From: a virus
Strand: one strand, 5' to 3'
Virus record (IMG/VR): IMGVR_UViG_3300022074_000029
Location: 4,169 to 68,168 of that record
Length of the DNA: 64,000 nucleotides
Positions 1 through 7,198 of this stretch are shown piece after piece. Numbering within the stretch: the stretch's first letter is position 1; each line of letters begins with the position of its first letter. The translations under genes and the position numbers were made by a program. The notes beneath the pieces are model-generated. The model was given only the letters and a program-made list of their open reading frames with translations, was not told where the DNA came from and did no database searches.

Positions 1-273
1 AATGGTCTCACTCATACTATCTTATTGAGAAACCTACCTATCATCGAAATGGCACAAACTATTGGTAGGGTCATCAGAGTCCATAAAGATGATCGCAAGG
101 CGGTTGCAGAGGGTCTCATCCCCTCAGGAGCGTTCCATTTATACAAGAAGGCATTTGGACAAGTGACAATGCCGATCGGGTATCGTATGGGAGACGTTAC
201 AAAGATGAGACTTGAGCAAGTTGTAAACAGTATCTTTATTGAAGGAGTACCACCCCTCGCTTATTGCATCTAA
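1..273 (+). CDS. C-terminal end of a superfamily-2 (DEAD/type III restriction-like) helicase, 5' truncated by the window
   Basis: The frame is open from position 1 (NGLTHTILLRNLPIIEMAQTIGRVIR...). QTIGRVIR matches SF2 motif VI (QxxGRxxR). Confidence 0.7.
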   Translation, partial: NGLTHTILLRNLPIIEMAQTIGRVIRVHKDDRKAVAEGLIPSGAFHLYKKAFGQVTMPIGYRMGDVTKMRLEQVVNSIFIEGVPPLAYCI

Positions 274-1193
274 TGAAAGACACAATTTTATATGGAGATT
301 GTAGAGATACAATCCCAACAATAACAGAACCAGTTCAAATGTGTGTTACATCACCACCTTATTATGGTCTTAGAGACTATGGTGGAGAAGACAAACAGAT
401 TGGACAAGAAGGAAGTCCAGAGGAGTTTATCGACCAACTGGTAGAGGTATTCAAAAAGGTTAGGAATGTTCTAACTGATGATGGAACTCTATGGGTTAAC
501 ATGGGAGACACATACTATAACTATAGGAGTGATGGGAACTATCCTAAACAAACAGTAAGTAAAACTAATCAAGACCTACCTAGTTTCTCACCTGCTAGAG
601 GAAACAAACTAAAAGGACTAAAGAGTAAGGATTTAATTGGCATCCCTTGGATGTTGGCATTCGCACTAAGGAAGGATGGATGGTATCTTAGACAAGATAT
701 CATTTGGCATAAACCTAATCCAATGCCAGAGTCAGTTAAGGATAGATGCACTAAATCTCATGAATATATTTTCTTACTGAGCAAGAGTAAGAACTATTAC
801 TACGATAATGAAGCAATCAAAGAACCTGCAAAAGACTGGGGAACTAGAGACCGCACAAATGGCAAGTATCATAATAAAGGAACTGGTTTACAACCTCATA
901 GCGGATTGAGTAAGAGTTATCCTACAAAGAATAAGAGATCAGTATGGACAGTAACGAGCAAACCATATAAGGAAGCACATTTTGCTACCTATCCACCCGA
1001 CTTGATTGAACCTTGCATCAAAGCAGGTAGTAAGAAGGGTGATATAATCCTAGACCCATTCATGGGTAGTGGAACAACAGCAATGGTATCTAAGCAATTA
1101 GATAGGCACTTTATAGGATGTGAGTTACATGACTCATATAAAACTCTTATAAATGGAAGACTACCAAACACAGCATTGAGTGACCTCTTCTAA
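273..1193 (+). CDS. Beta-class amino DNA methyltransferase (N4-cytosine/N6-adenine family)
   Basis: Catalytic TSPPY near the N-terminus, IIWHKPNPMP, HFATYP, and SAM-binding DPFMGSGTT near the C-terminus. ATG at 273 overlaps the upstream stop (TAATG). No cognate restriction gene nearby. Confidence 0.92.
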   Translation: MKDTILYGDCRDTIPTITEPVQMCVTSPPYYGLRDYGGEDKQIGQEGSPEEFIDQLVEVFKKVRNVLTDDGTLWVNMGDTYYNYRSDGNYPKQTVSKTNQDLPSFSPARGNKLKGLKSKDLIGIPWMLAFALRKDGWYLRQDIIWHKPNPMPESVKDRCTKSHEYIFLLSKSKNYYYDNEAIKEPAKDWGTRDRTNGKYHNKGTGLQPHSGLSKSYPTKNKRSVWTVTSKPYKEAHFATYPPDLIEPCIKAGSKKGDIILDPFMGSGTTAMVSKQLDRHFIGCELHDSYKTLINGRLPNTALSDLF

Positions 1194-1253
1194 TGTGCCA
1201 CTTCAGGTACTGTCACACATATGGTTGCATATGACTAGCATATGCCTTATATT
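1194..1253 (+). promoter_or_regulatory. Palindrome-promoter unit 1
   Basis: TGTGCCAC-TTCAGGTA-CTGTCACA (1194-1217), then TTGCAT (1225-1230)-N17-TATATT (1248-1253). Internal inverted repeat GCATATG/CATATGC. Confidence 0.8.
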
Positions 1254-1259
1254 AAGAAT

Positions 1260-1482
1260 GTCGAAACAAACCAACGTAAAACTTTCAAGGTTGCGTTCAG
1301 TCGCATTTAAATCGAACTTAAGTAGTTGAGTTTTGTTTCGACCCATCCAAACACAGGGCAAAGATCTATGGTTGTTTCAATTCAGTTGAGAAATTACGTC
1401 TTTTAAGTCCCACCATAGAGGTCATCTAGTCAAACCTAACATTGCGTTGGAGCATCTAGTTTAACATGACATTGACCTCTAT
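1260..1482 (+). ncRNA. Putative structured non-coding RNA or 5' leader, family unassigned
   Basis: Begins about 7 nt after a -10 box and has no long ORF. Perfect stems: GTCGAAACAAA (1260-1270)/TTTGTTTCGAC (1332-1342), TCTATGGT (1365-1372)/ACCATAGA (1412-1419), ATAGAGGTCA (1415-1424)/TGACCTCTAT (1473-1482). Confidence 0.55.
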
Positions 1483-1510
1483 ACCCCTATTCAAATTATT
1501 TTCAAAGGTC

Positions 1511-1738
1511 ATGGAAGACACACTCGATCTAAATTTTGAGAGACAAACATCAATCGATAACATGATTGATTCACTCTATGAAGCAATGACTAACAATGGA
1601 CTGAAGGGAAACATCCCCGAAGCAGCAGCATGTTACGAGGAGTGGGTAGTAGATGGAGTTGACCCTCAAGAAGTTGATAAGTATGAATTCACATTCTTAA
1701 ACAACATGACCCTACCTACATTCGAGAAGGACTTTTAA
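1511..1738 (+). CDS. Small acidic hypothetical protein (early cluster)
   Basis: ORF 1466..1738. ATG 1511 after AAAGG is preferred because 1466 lies inside the RNA stem. Confidence 0.65.
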   Translation: MEDTLDLNFERQTSIDNMIDSLYEAMTNNGLKGNIPEAAACYEEWVVDGVDPQEVDKYEFTFLNNMTLPTFEKDF

Positions 1739-1918
1739 ATGAAAAACTTTTCATCAATTTACTATCCTGATCTCGACCCCTACGAGCAGCAGTATAATGA
1801 CATTTGGTTTATGCAAATGTTATCACGTTTAACACTTGACGGTATTTTGTTTATACCTGATCTTAACAAATCATTTAATAAAAAAGGAGAAGAGATTAAT
1901 GACAACCGCAGCACCTAA
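1739..1918 (+). CDS. Small hypothetical protein (59 aa, not in ORF track)
   Basis: MKNFSSIYYPDLDPYEQ...NDNRST*. ATG directly follows the previous stop. Confidence 0.55.
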   Translation: MKNFSSIYYPDLDPYEQQYNDIWFMQMLSRLTLDGILFIPDLNKSFNKKGEEINDNRST

Positions 1919-2036
1919 GTTACGGTATCCAAAATATAAACTTAAAAGATTCTCTCATAAAAAGTGGGGAGCAGATAAAGTTTATAGAAATGTATACTAC
2001 TTACAGTTTTTTGTAAACAGTACGTGTGACAGTTAA
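1899..2036 (+). CDS. Small basic hypothetical protein
   Basis: MTTAAPKLRYPKYK..., preceded by AAAGGAGA. The stop lies inside palindrome 2. Confidence 0.45.
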   Translation: MTTAAPKLRYPKYKLKRFSHKKWGADKVYRNVYYLQFFVNSTCDS

Positions 2037-2083
2037 TTATGTGTCACACACTACCACGCATAGGGTATAAACTACCCTATAAT
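2025..2083 (+). promoter_or_regulatory. Palindrome-promoter unit 2
   Basis: TGTGACAG-TTAATTAT-GTGTCACA (2025-2048), 29 bp, TATAAT (2078-2083). Hairpin ATAGGGTA/TACCCTAT lies between. Confidence 0.85.
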
Positions 2084-2105
2084 AAGAATAACGAAACAAA
2101 GGAAC

Positions 2106-2363
2106 ATGACTATCCCAACTCAAAACCTTTACGAACAAATGTTCATGAAACAAGAAGAACCAATTGACTTTCTAGTCACTATCTACGAGGACTATCTAAG
2201 CAAGCATAATCTACCAGAATATGATGCAAGCGATATGCTTCATGCTCATCATATTGGAGAGATCGAACTACATGATGGTCAAATCGGTTGGTTCAACAAC
2301 TTTATTCGCTTATGGGATTTTGTAAGCGAAGCAGAATATCAAAACTTTTCATCAGGAGTTTAA
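2106..2363 (+). CDS. Small hypothetical protein
   Basis: 85-aa ORF directly downstream of promoter unit 2, with AAAGGA before the ATG. Confidence 0.7.
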   Translation: MTIPTQNLYEQMFMKQEEPIDFLVTIYEDYLSKHNLPEYDASDMLHAHHIGEIELHDGQIGWFNNFIRLWDFVSEAEYQNFSSGV

Positions 2364-2364
2364 A

Positions 2365-2622
2365 ATGGACAAAGCACTAATCAATGAACTAAAATCATTT
2401 TTAGTTGAGAGATATGTAGATAACATGTCAACAAAAGATCTAGTTCAATATGTCATGGATGATCTTGATGACCTATACAAAAACATGCCAGATGAAGAGT
2501 TTATTGATGAAGCAAAAAACTACTGGGATGACGGTTTTGGCGAAGTAATTGATGAGATTCAAGATTATATGAAAACACCTTTTAAACAACCATTAAGAGA
2601 ATCATTCGAGGAGACTAACTAA
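2365..2622 (+). CDS. Small acidic hypothetical protein
   Basis: 85-aa ORF tightly coupled to both neighbours. Confidence 0.7.
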   Translation: MDKALINELKSFLVERYVDNMSTKDLVQYVMDDLDDLYKNMPDEEFIDEAKNYWDDGFGEVIDEIQDYMKTPFKQPLRESFEETN

Positions 2623-2798
2623 TGAACTACAAACAACAAATTGAACTTGATGGTTACATCAATATCTGGGAAGTAATACCAGAGGATGAACATTCACATA
2701 TTTCTAACAAGATATGGGAAGCACTTGATAGAGCAGGAATTGAGTTATCTCAAGATGCAGAGTTATCAGTTAGAGTCTATGATGAGAGGGTAGATTAA
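2622..2798 (+). CDS. Small hypothetical protein (58 aa, not in ORF track)
   Basis: MNYKQQIELDGYINIWEVIPE...; TAATG overlaps at both ends. Confidence 0.6.
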   Translation: MNYKQQIELDGYINIWEVIPEDEHSHISNKIWEALDRAGIELSQDAELSVRVYDERVD

Positions 2799-2965
2799 TG
2801 AAAATCAAAGACGTGACCAACTCACAAAAAGACTGGGATGACTTTTGGTATCATTCTACAGATAAGATAAGTGTTTCAGAGTATCAAAAGAAAGCATACG
2901 ATGAAACTACATCCATATCTGAATTAGAGAGTCTAGCAGATGACCCTATGGGAATTGGCAAGTAG
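2798..2965 (+). CDS. Small hypothetical protein (55 aa, not in ORF track)
   Basis: MKIKDVTNSQKDWDDFWY...GIGK*. The stop abuts palindrome 3. Confidence 0.55.
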   Translation: MKIKDVTNSQKDWDDFWYHSTDKISVSEYQKKAYDETTSISELESLADDPMGIGK

Positions 2966-3024
2966 TGTGACAGTTTAGGTACTGTCACATAGTTCCCCTA
3001 TTCCTATTTCATTCCCTTTATAAT
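2966..3024 (+). promoter_or_regulatory. Palindrome-promoter unit 3
   Basis: TGTGACAG-TTTAGGTA-CTGTCACA (perfect arms, 2966-2989), 29 bp, TATAAT (3019-3024). Confidence 0.85.
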
Positions 3025-3046
3025 AAGAATAACAAACGAGGAAACT

Positions 3047-3322
3047 ATGCAATTCAAATCTCAAAACGAAGAAACAGTAATTGACTATTACGAGGTTCAT
3101 AACGTTAACAGAGAGATAGTTAAAAATGCTAGATTGAGAGTCATTACATTCTTAGGTAAGACAGTTGCAAATGCACCTATCAACGTTTTTGACATGGCAG
3201 AAGAGATTGATGTTCTACTAGAAAAGAACTATGCAGTTACTTGTAACACAAAAAGACCATCACAGTATATGCTTAATGTGACAGCACAGAAAGTGGCACA
3301 ATCACGCACATCTTTCTACTAA
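3047..3322 (+). CDS. Small hypothetical protein
   Basis: 91-aa ORF with a GAGG RBS. Its 3' end reads through palindrome 4. Confidence 0.7.
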   Translation: MQFKSQNEETVIDYYEVHNVNREIVKNARLRVITFLGKTVANAPINVFDMAEEIDVLLEKNYAVTCNTKRPSQYMLNVTAQKVAQSRTSFY

Positions 3323-3335
3323 TCCCCATTATAAT
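3277..3335 (+). promoter_or_regulatory. Palindrome-promoter unit 4
   Basis: TGTGACAG-CACAGAAA-GTGGCACA (3277-3300), 29 bp, TATAAT (3330-3335). Confidence 0.85.
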
Positions 3336-3358
3336 AATAGTATAAACAAACAAACATC

Positions 3359-3811
3359 ATGACCGAAACACTTACATTAAAAGAGAGAGTTGAAGATTGG
3401 ACAGCAGAGCATTGTTTAGCACTTGAGCAGAATTATCTTGATTATCATAGGAGAATGATAACAAATAACTTTGAGAGATACTCAGGAGTTAGATCAGATT
3501 TATCTGACTATGCAAAAGAGCAACTTGATGCTATGGACAATGGAACTTTCAGAGGTAAGAAATTCACATTCAGCGAAGGTAAGAAGTACCTAAAAGTTGT
3601 TATGAATGACTATAACAACTTAACTGGAAAGTATGACGGAAGAGGAGTCCATTGCTTTATCGATAAGAATACTGGCGAAGTGTATAAAGCAGCATCTTGG
3701 AAAGCACCAGCGAAGGGAGTTCGCTTTGATATGAGAATTATTAGAGAAAGGGAACTAATGCATAATTCTAACTTCTGCGGATGGTCAGGAGGGTATCTAT
3801 ATGCCAGATAA
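3359..3811 (+). CDS. Conserved phage hypothetical protein
   Basis: 150 aa. VHCFIDKNTGEVYKAASWKAPAKGVRF is a motif I recognise from marine phage hypothetical proteins. Confidence 0.75.
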   Translation: MTETLTLKERVEDWTAEHCLALEQNYLDYHRRMITNNFERYSGVRSDLSDYAKEQLDAMDNGTFRGKKFTFSEGKKYLKVVMNDYNNLTGKYDGRGVHCFIDKNTGEVYKAASWKAPAKGVRFDMRIIRERELMHNSNFCGWSGGYLYAR

Positions 3812-3862
3812 TAAACTGTCACATGGGAGGTTGCAATTCCTCTCATTATTTCCTATTATAAT
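3800..3862 (+). promoter_or_regulatory. Palindrome-promoter unit 5
   Basis: TATGCCAG-ATAATAAA-CTGTCACA (3800-3823), then TTGCAA (3831-3836)-N17-TATTAT (3854-3859), overlapping TATAAT (3857-3862). Confidence 0.8.
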
Positions 3863-3886
3863 AATAACGATACATACATCACTATT

Positions 3887-4120
3887 ATGAGATCACCTAA
3901 AGGTTGGAACATCGAACTCAGCACAACACAATTCGATTATCTTTGTAACGTATTAATGGAAGCAAATGATGACGCTAAAATTGTAGGAAAAGGTTGGGAC
4001 ATTCAAACATTTGATAATCTAGTTGATAATGTTTGCAATGCTAAAGAAACATACTTATCCCTAGACTGTAAAGGTGTTAGGAGTATAGTAGAAGGTAAAA
4101 TTCAATTGGAGAGAAACTAA
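3887..4120 (+). CDS. Small hypothetical protein
   Basis: 77-aa ORF downstream of unit 5. Confidence 0.7.
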   Translation: MRSPKGWNIELSTTQFDYLCNVLMEANDDAKIVGKGWDIQTFDNLVDNVCNAKETYLSLDCKGVRSIVEGKIQLERN

Positions 4121-4251
4121 TGAACACATTTGAAATTACATTTGATGAGCAATATCAACTCATTAAATTATATGATCTCTTGAGAGATAACGGTATGATT
4201 GATGATCTACCTAAAGAGATAGAAACCTTTTTTGATAAACTAACCTACTAA
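4120..4251 (+). CDS. Small hypothetical protein (43 aa, not in ORF track)
   Basis: MNTFEITFDEQYQLIKLYDLL...; TAATG coupling at both ends. Confidence 0.55.
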   Translation: MNTFEITFDEQYQLIKLYDLLRDNGMIDDLPKEIETFFDKLTY

Positions 4252-4427
4252 TGGAAGATTTAACAGAAAAGCAAAAGTTGCTTATTCACTTGAATGAATC
4301 TAAGAAGATTCTTGAAAAATGCACCTCACTTGATGATGAGAATGTAGGCATCTTCCAGGAATTCAATCGTATCATATACGAAGAGATTTTGAAACCTATG
4401 GTGGACAGTAATAAGACTGGCACATAG
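4251..4427 (+). CDS. Small hypothetical protein (58 aa, not in ORF track)
   Basis: MEDLTEKQKLLIHLNES...VDSNKTGT*. Reads through palindrome 6. Confidence 0.55.
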   Translation: MEDLTEKQKLLIHLNESKKILEKCTSLDDENVGIFQEFNRIIYEEILKPMVDSNKTGT

Positions 4428-4459
4428 TACTCCCATTTTTATTTTATTTCCTTTATAAT
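4401..4459 (+). promoter_or_regulatory. Palindrome-promoter unit 6
   Basis: GTGGACAG-TAATAAGA-CTGGCACA (4401-4424), 29 bp, TATAAT (4454-4459). Confidence 0.8.
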
Positions 4460-4480
4460 AAGAGTAATTAAACAAACAGC

Positions 4481-4774
4481 ATGACTTCACTTCAAATCGT
4501 AAACGCTCACAGACAGATCTCAGATTTCGTAGATTATGTAGATCTATTCTATGGCACTTCAGATGGTGACGAAACACTTTATCCCCTATATCTAAAAGGT
4601 CAGAGATTGACTAAAGAAGATATTCGTCACGCTACTATCGTATATTTGGATAGATGTAATAATGATGATTTTCAAAATTGCACATGGGGTGACGGAGATT
4701 CATTAGACAGAGAAAGAGTAAGAGACATTCTAACAGAGAAATTTGGATATGATTACGACAGTGTGACAGTTTAA
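4481..4774 (+). CDS. Hypothetical protein
   Basis: 97 aa, containing WGDGDSLDRERVRDIL. The stop lies in the spacer of palindrome 7. Confidence 0.75.
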   Translation: MTSLQIVNAHRQISDFVDYVDLFYGTSDGDETLYPLYLKGQRLTKEDIRHATIVYLDRCNNDDFQNCTWGDGDSLDRERVRDILTEKFGYDYDSVTV

Positions 4775-4820
4775 TTACTGTCACATATAAACCCCATTCT
4801 ACGGAGTGGGGTCTTATAAT
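4762..4820 (+). promoter_or_regulatory. Palindrome-promoter unit 7
   Basis: TGTGACAG-TTTAATTA-CTGTCACA (4762-4785), 29 bp, TATAAT (4815-4820). Hairpin ACCCCATTC-TACG-GAGTGGGGT lies between. Confidence 0.85.
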
Positions 4821-4842
4821 ATTAATATACAAACAAAGAAAC

Positions 4843-5085
4843 ATGAATTCAACAGCAACTTACATCGAACCAGTTAATCGAATCAAACAGCGTATTTTGT
4901 TTGATGATAACCTCGATAACCTTACATGCTTATGTGCTAACTGGGAAGAGTATGTTATTGAGATCTCAGAGTGGGGCATTTACAAGTTAGGAGGAGTTGA
5001 TTTTGATACTCTTACTAAGCAAGATATTGCTAAACTAGATCAGTTCATGGTCTCACAAAATGGTTATGAAAAGGAGGAAGTTTAA
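4843..5085 (+). CDS. Small hypothetical protein
   Basis: 80-aa ORF after unit 7. Confidence 0.7.
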   Translation: MNSTATYIEPVNRIKQRILFDDNLDNLTCLCANWEEYVIEISEWGIYKLGGVDFDTLTKQDIAKLDQFMVSQNGYEKEEV

Positions 5086-5379
5086 ATGAGAACATTTGAT
5101 TTTAAAAAGTCTCAAGAGATTAGTCACTCTAATTTCTTACCAGTTCAGACTATTGTAAGCGAAGAATTTGGTAGGCACTTCTTTATTGATATTGCATTTG
5201 AGTTCATATCAGCAGCATCCTTAAAAGATGGTGGATATGATAAAAACACTCTCGGATATGTTTCAGAGTGGGATGACTGGGAAGGGGTCAACAAAACTGA
5301 ACTATTTGAAATATATCGAAAGTTAGTCGCAGATGAGTATCATGAAGAGACTACCAGAATTTTAGAAAGATTTCAATAG
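5086..5379 (+). CDS. Hypothetical protein
   Basis: 97-aa ORF with an AGGAGG RBS. Confidence 0.75.
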   Translation: MRTFDFKKSQEISHSNFLPVQTIVSEEFGRHFFIDIAFEFISAASLKDGGYDKNTLGYVSEWDDWEGVNKTELFEIYRKLVADEYHEETTRILERFQ

Positions 5380-5383
5380 TATA

Positions 5384-5442
5384 TGTGACACTTTAAATAG
5401 TGGCACACGTACGCCCCATATGTGGATCGGGGCGACTATAAT
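5384..5442 (+). promoter_or_regulatory. Palindrome-promoter unit 8
   Basis: TGTGACAC-TTTAAATA-GTGGCACA (5384-5407), 29 bp, TATAAT (5437-5442). Hairpin CGCCCC/GGGGCG. Confidence 0.85.
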
Positions 5443-5467
5443 TAGAGTATACAAACAAAGAAACATC

Positions 5468-5758
5468 ATGAATTTATTTGACGCAGTTCCATTTTTCGTA
5501 GATCAAGAGTTAGGTTACGAAGTGGACGAAGAGAACATCAGTTCATACGATGTTCAAAGGGTATTTAAAATTGTTGTTGATAATTGCGATAACTTCTCAC
5601 TAGGCACTTTGACACCTAAAAATCACATGATGATTAAAAGAATGGTAAGGAATGCAATTTCTCTCATGGTATCCGATGATAGTGAAGAGAGAGATCAATT
5701 CAATCAAATGGTAAGAGAAGTTAAGCAAGATTTATCAAAGAAAGTGGCACTAGCATAA
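5468..5758 (+). CDS. Hypothetical protein
   Basis: ORF 5420..5758. The start is moved to ATG 5468, downstream of the -10 box. The stop lies in palindrome 9. Confidence 0.7.
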   Translation: MNLFDAVPFFVDQELGYEVDEENISSYDVQRVFKIVVDNCDNFSLGTLTPKNHMMIKRMVRNAISLMVSDDSEERDQFNQMVREVKQDLSKKVALA

Positions 5759-5802
5759 GTGTCACAAAGGGGTTGCCAAAAACCCCATTTATCCCTTATA
5801 AT
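5743..5802 (+). promoter_or_regulatory. Palindrome-promoter unit 9
   Basis: AGTGGCAC-TAGCATAA-GTGTCACA (5743-5766), TTGCCA (5773-5778), TATAAT (5797-5802). Hairpin GGGGTT/AACCCC. Confidence 0.8.
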
Positions 5803-5833
5803 AAGAGTAACAAACACAATGAGACCGAGAATT

Positions 5834-6016
5834 ATGTCACATGCAGTAAACGATTCAATCCTAGAAAATCTTTATGATGAAGTATGGGAGGATTACAGAA
5901 AGTCAAACAATCTAACACTAGATCAAATGTATCACTTAGAGCAAGATGAAAATTCTGGTATTATGTCAATGCTAGGAGATCAAGCAATGAGAGCATTTGA
6001 AGCGAGGTGCATTTAA
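5834..6016 (+). CDS. Small hypothetical protein
   Basis: MSHAVNDSILENLYDEVWE...; alternative start at 5819. Confidence 0.65.
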   Translation: MSHAVNDSILENLYDEVWEDYRKSNNLTLDQMYHLEQDENSGIMSMLGDQAMRAFEARCI

Positions 6017-6219
6017 TGGAACTAACACCTAAACAACTTGAATATCTACTCACATGCCTAGATTTTCATTATACAGAGTATGAAGGTTCTAAGGATGACA
6101 TAATCGAAATTAATGCTAGTATAGGCAGATTGATTAATCATGAATTAGAGCAATTTAAGAAAGTTCAAAAGAAGATAGATAAGAAGAGAGAATTGCTACC
6201 TAAACCAGAATGGGGTTAA
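6016..6219 (+). CDS. Small hypothetical protein
   Basis: MELTPKQLEYLLTCLDFHY...; TAATG coupling with GAGG upstream. Confidence 0.65.
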   Translation: MELTPKQLEYLLTCLDFHYTEYEGSKDDIIEINASIGRLINHELEQFKKVQKKIDKKRELLPKPEWG

Positions 6220-6222
6220 AAA

Positions 6223-6450
6223 GTGCATCACGTTTTGTACGAATGGAGCGAACTTGTTGAAATAGATCAACGATTAAAGAGAATAGAGGAAGCAATCCAA
6301 CTTACGAAGGATTTAAACACTATTCTCTATAATAGCGATAATAAAGACCTATTGCAACATAGTCACATTATACAAAAGGAATTAGAACAGCAATTCCAGG
6401 AGATTCAATCTATTTTCGAGAATAGACTTAAAAAAACTAACTTATCCTAG
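6223..6450 (+). CDS. Small coiled-coil hypothetical protein
   Basis: 75-aa ORF with a GTG start. Confidence 0.6.
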   Translation: MHHVLYEWSELVEIDQRLKRIEEAIQLTKDLNTILYNSDNKDLLQHSHIIQKELEQQFQEIQSIFENRLKKTNLS

Positions 6451-6684
6451 ATGAATTTTAAACTCTTTGACTTATACCGTATAGGGAACGATATAGGTTA
6501 TATCTCTTTTATTTCTAAGGCACATTATATAACCTTAGTTGTAAGAGAATGGGAGGATAAAGAGACTATGAACGGAAAAAGACAAGTTAAAATTCTTGTA
6601 TTTCCTCATGAGTATGAATCAATGGAATTACTAGATCGTGATACATATGCGGAACAGTTCCCGCACACATTTGTAAAGGGATGA
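6451..6684 (+). CDS. Small hypothetical protein
   Basis: 77-aa ORF abutting the previous stop. Confidence 0.65.
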   Translation: MNFKLFDLYRIGNDIGYISFISKAHYITLVVREWEDKETMNGKRQVKILVFPHEYESMELLDRDTYAEQFPHTFVKG

Positions 6685-6806
6685 GAGACGAAGAGAAAAT
6701 AACTAAACCTAAGCAGTTGCAATATATTTGGACGATTCTTAAGGAGTTGGTAGTTTTGCAATGGATGGAAGTAAGAAAGCATAAAAGATGGAATAAAGGG
6801 GAATAA
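6681..6806 (+). CDS. Small hypothetical protein (41 aa, not in ORF track)
   Basis: ATGA overlap; MRDEEKITKPKQLQYIWTILKELVVLQW... Confidence 0.45.
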   Translation: MRDEEKITKPKQLQYIWTILKELVVLQWMEVRKHKRWNKGE

Positions 6807-6925
6807 CTGAAAACCTTTTAAATATGTAAATAAATCTAGTTTAGTGTTCAATCTGTTACACTCTTAGCACGTTTTTTATCGACTGTCAAGGGTTGCGAGT
6901 ATACCGACACATTTCTCAGAAGGGG

Positions 6926-6954
6926 TTGACTTTAATATATAAAGATGATACAAT
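6926..6954 (+). promoter_or_regulatory. Sigma70-type promoter without the upstream palindrome
   Basis: TTGACT-N17-TACAAT upstream of ATG 6983. Confidence 0.7.
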
Positions 6955-6982
6955 AACACTGCAAGGGTTCAGAAAAAGATCT

Positions 6983-7198
6983 ATGGTTTATTCACTCTAT
7001 GATGATAAGCATAAATTGATAGGACAGTTTAAAAGCATCTATGAGTTACAGACATTTATTCATGACTTCAGAGTGAACAGAGAAGAGTGGAGGATAAGAA
7101 AGAACCAGGATATTAGCACTTTCGATTATATCAAATCTATTGGATATTTTTGGGATTGTGTGCCAGTACAACAAGTGTCACAAGAGGACTTCTCATAG
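6983..7198 (+). CDS. Small hypothetical protein
   Basis: MVYSLYDDKHKLIGQFKSIYELQ... The start is placed downstream of the promoter. Reads through palindrome 10. Confidence 0.65.
   Translation: MVYSLYDDKHKLIGQFKSIYELQTFIHDFRVNREEWRIRKNQDISTFDYIKSIGYFWDCVPVQQVSQEDFS

Noticed and set aside
1260-1342. tRNA gene
   Set aside because: Despite the size and closing stem, there is no proper T-arm (GTTCRA loop), no D or anticodon arm geometry, and no four-way cloverleaf.
5420-5833. ORF-track starts at 5420 and 5759 (likewise 1466, 1836, 6893, 58973, 62527)
   Set aside because: They lie upstream of or inside promoter elements, or deep within neighbouring genes. Downstream ATGs fit the leader and coupling pattern.
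1194-7182. CRISPR array interpretation of the 24-bp repeats
   Set aside because: Intervals are 311-1416 bp and contain intact genes, the repeat centres vary, and there are no cas genes.
1194-7182. Canonical CRP (TGTGA-N6-TCACA) or NtcA (GTA-N8-TAC) sites
   Set aside because: Here TGTGA and TCACA are 14 bp apart, and the GTA/TAC arms are absent.
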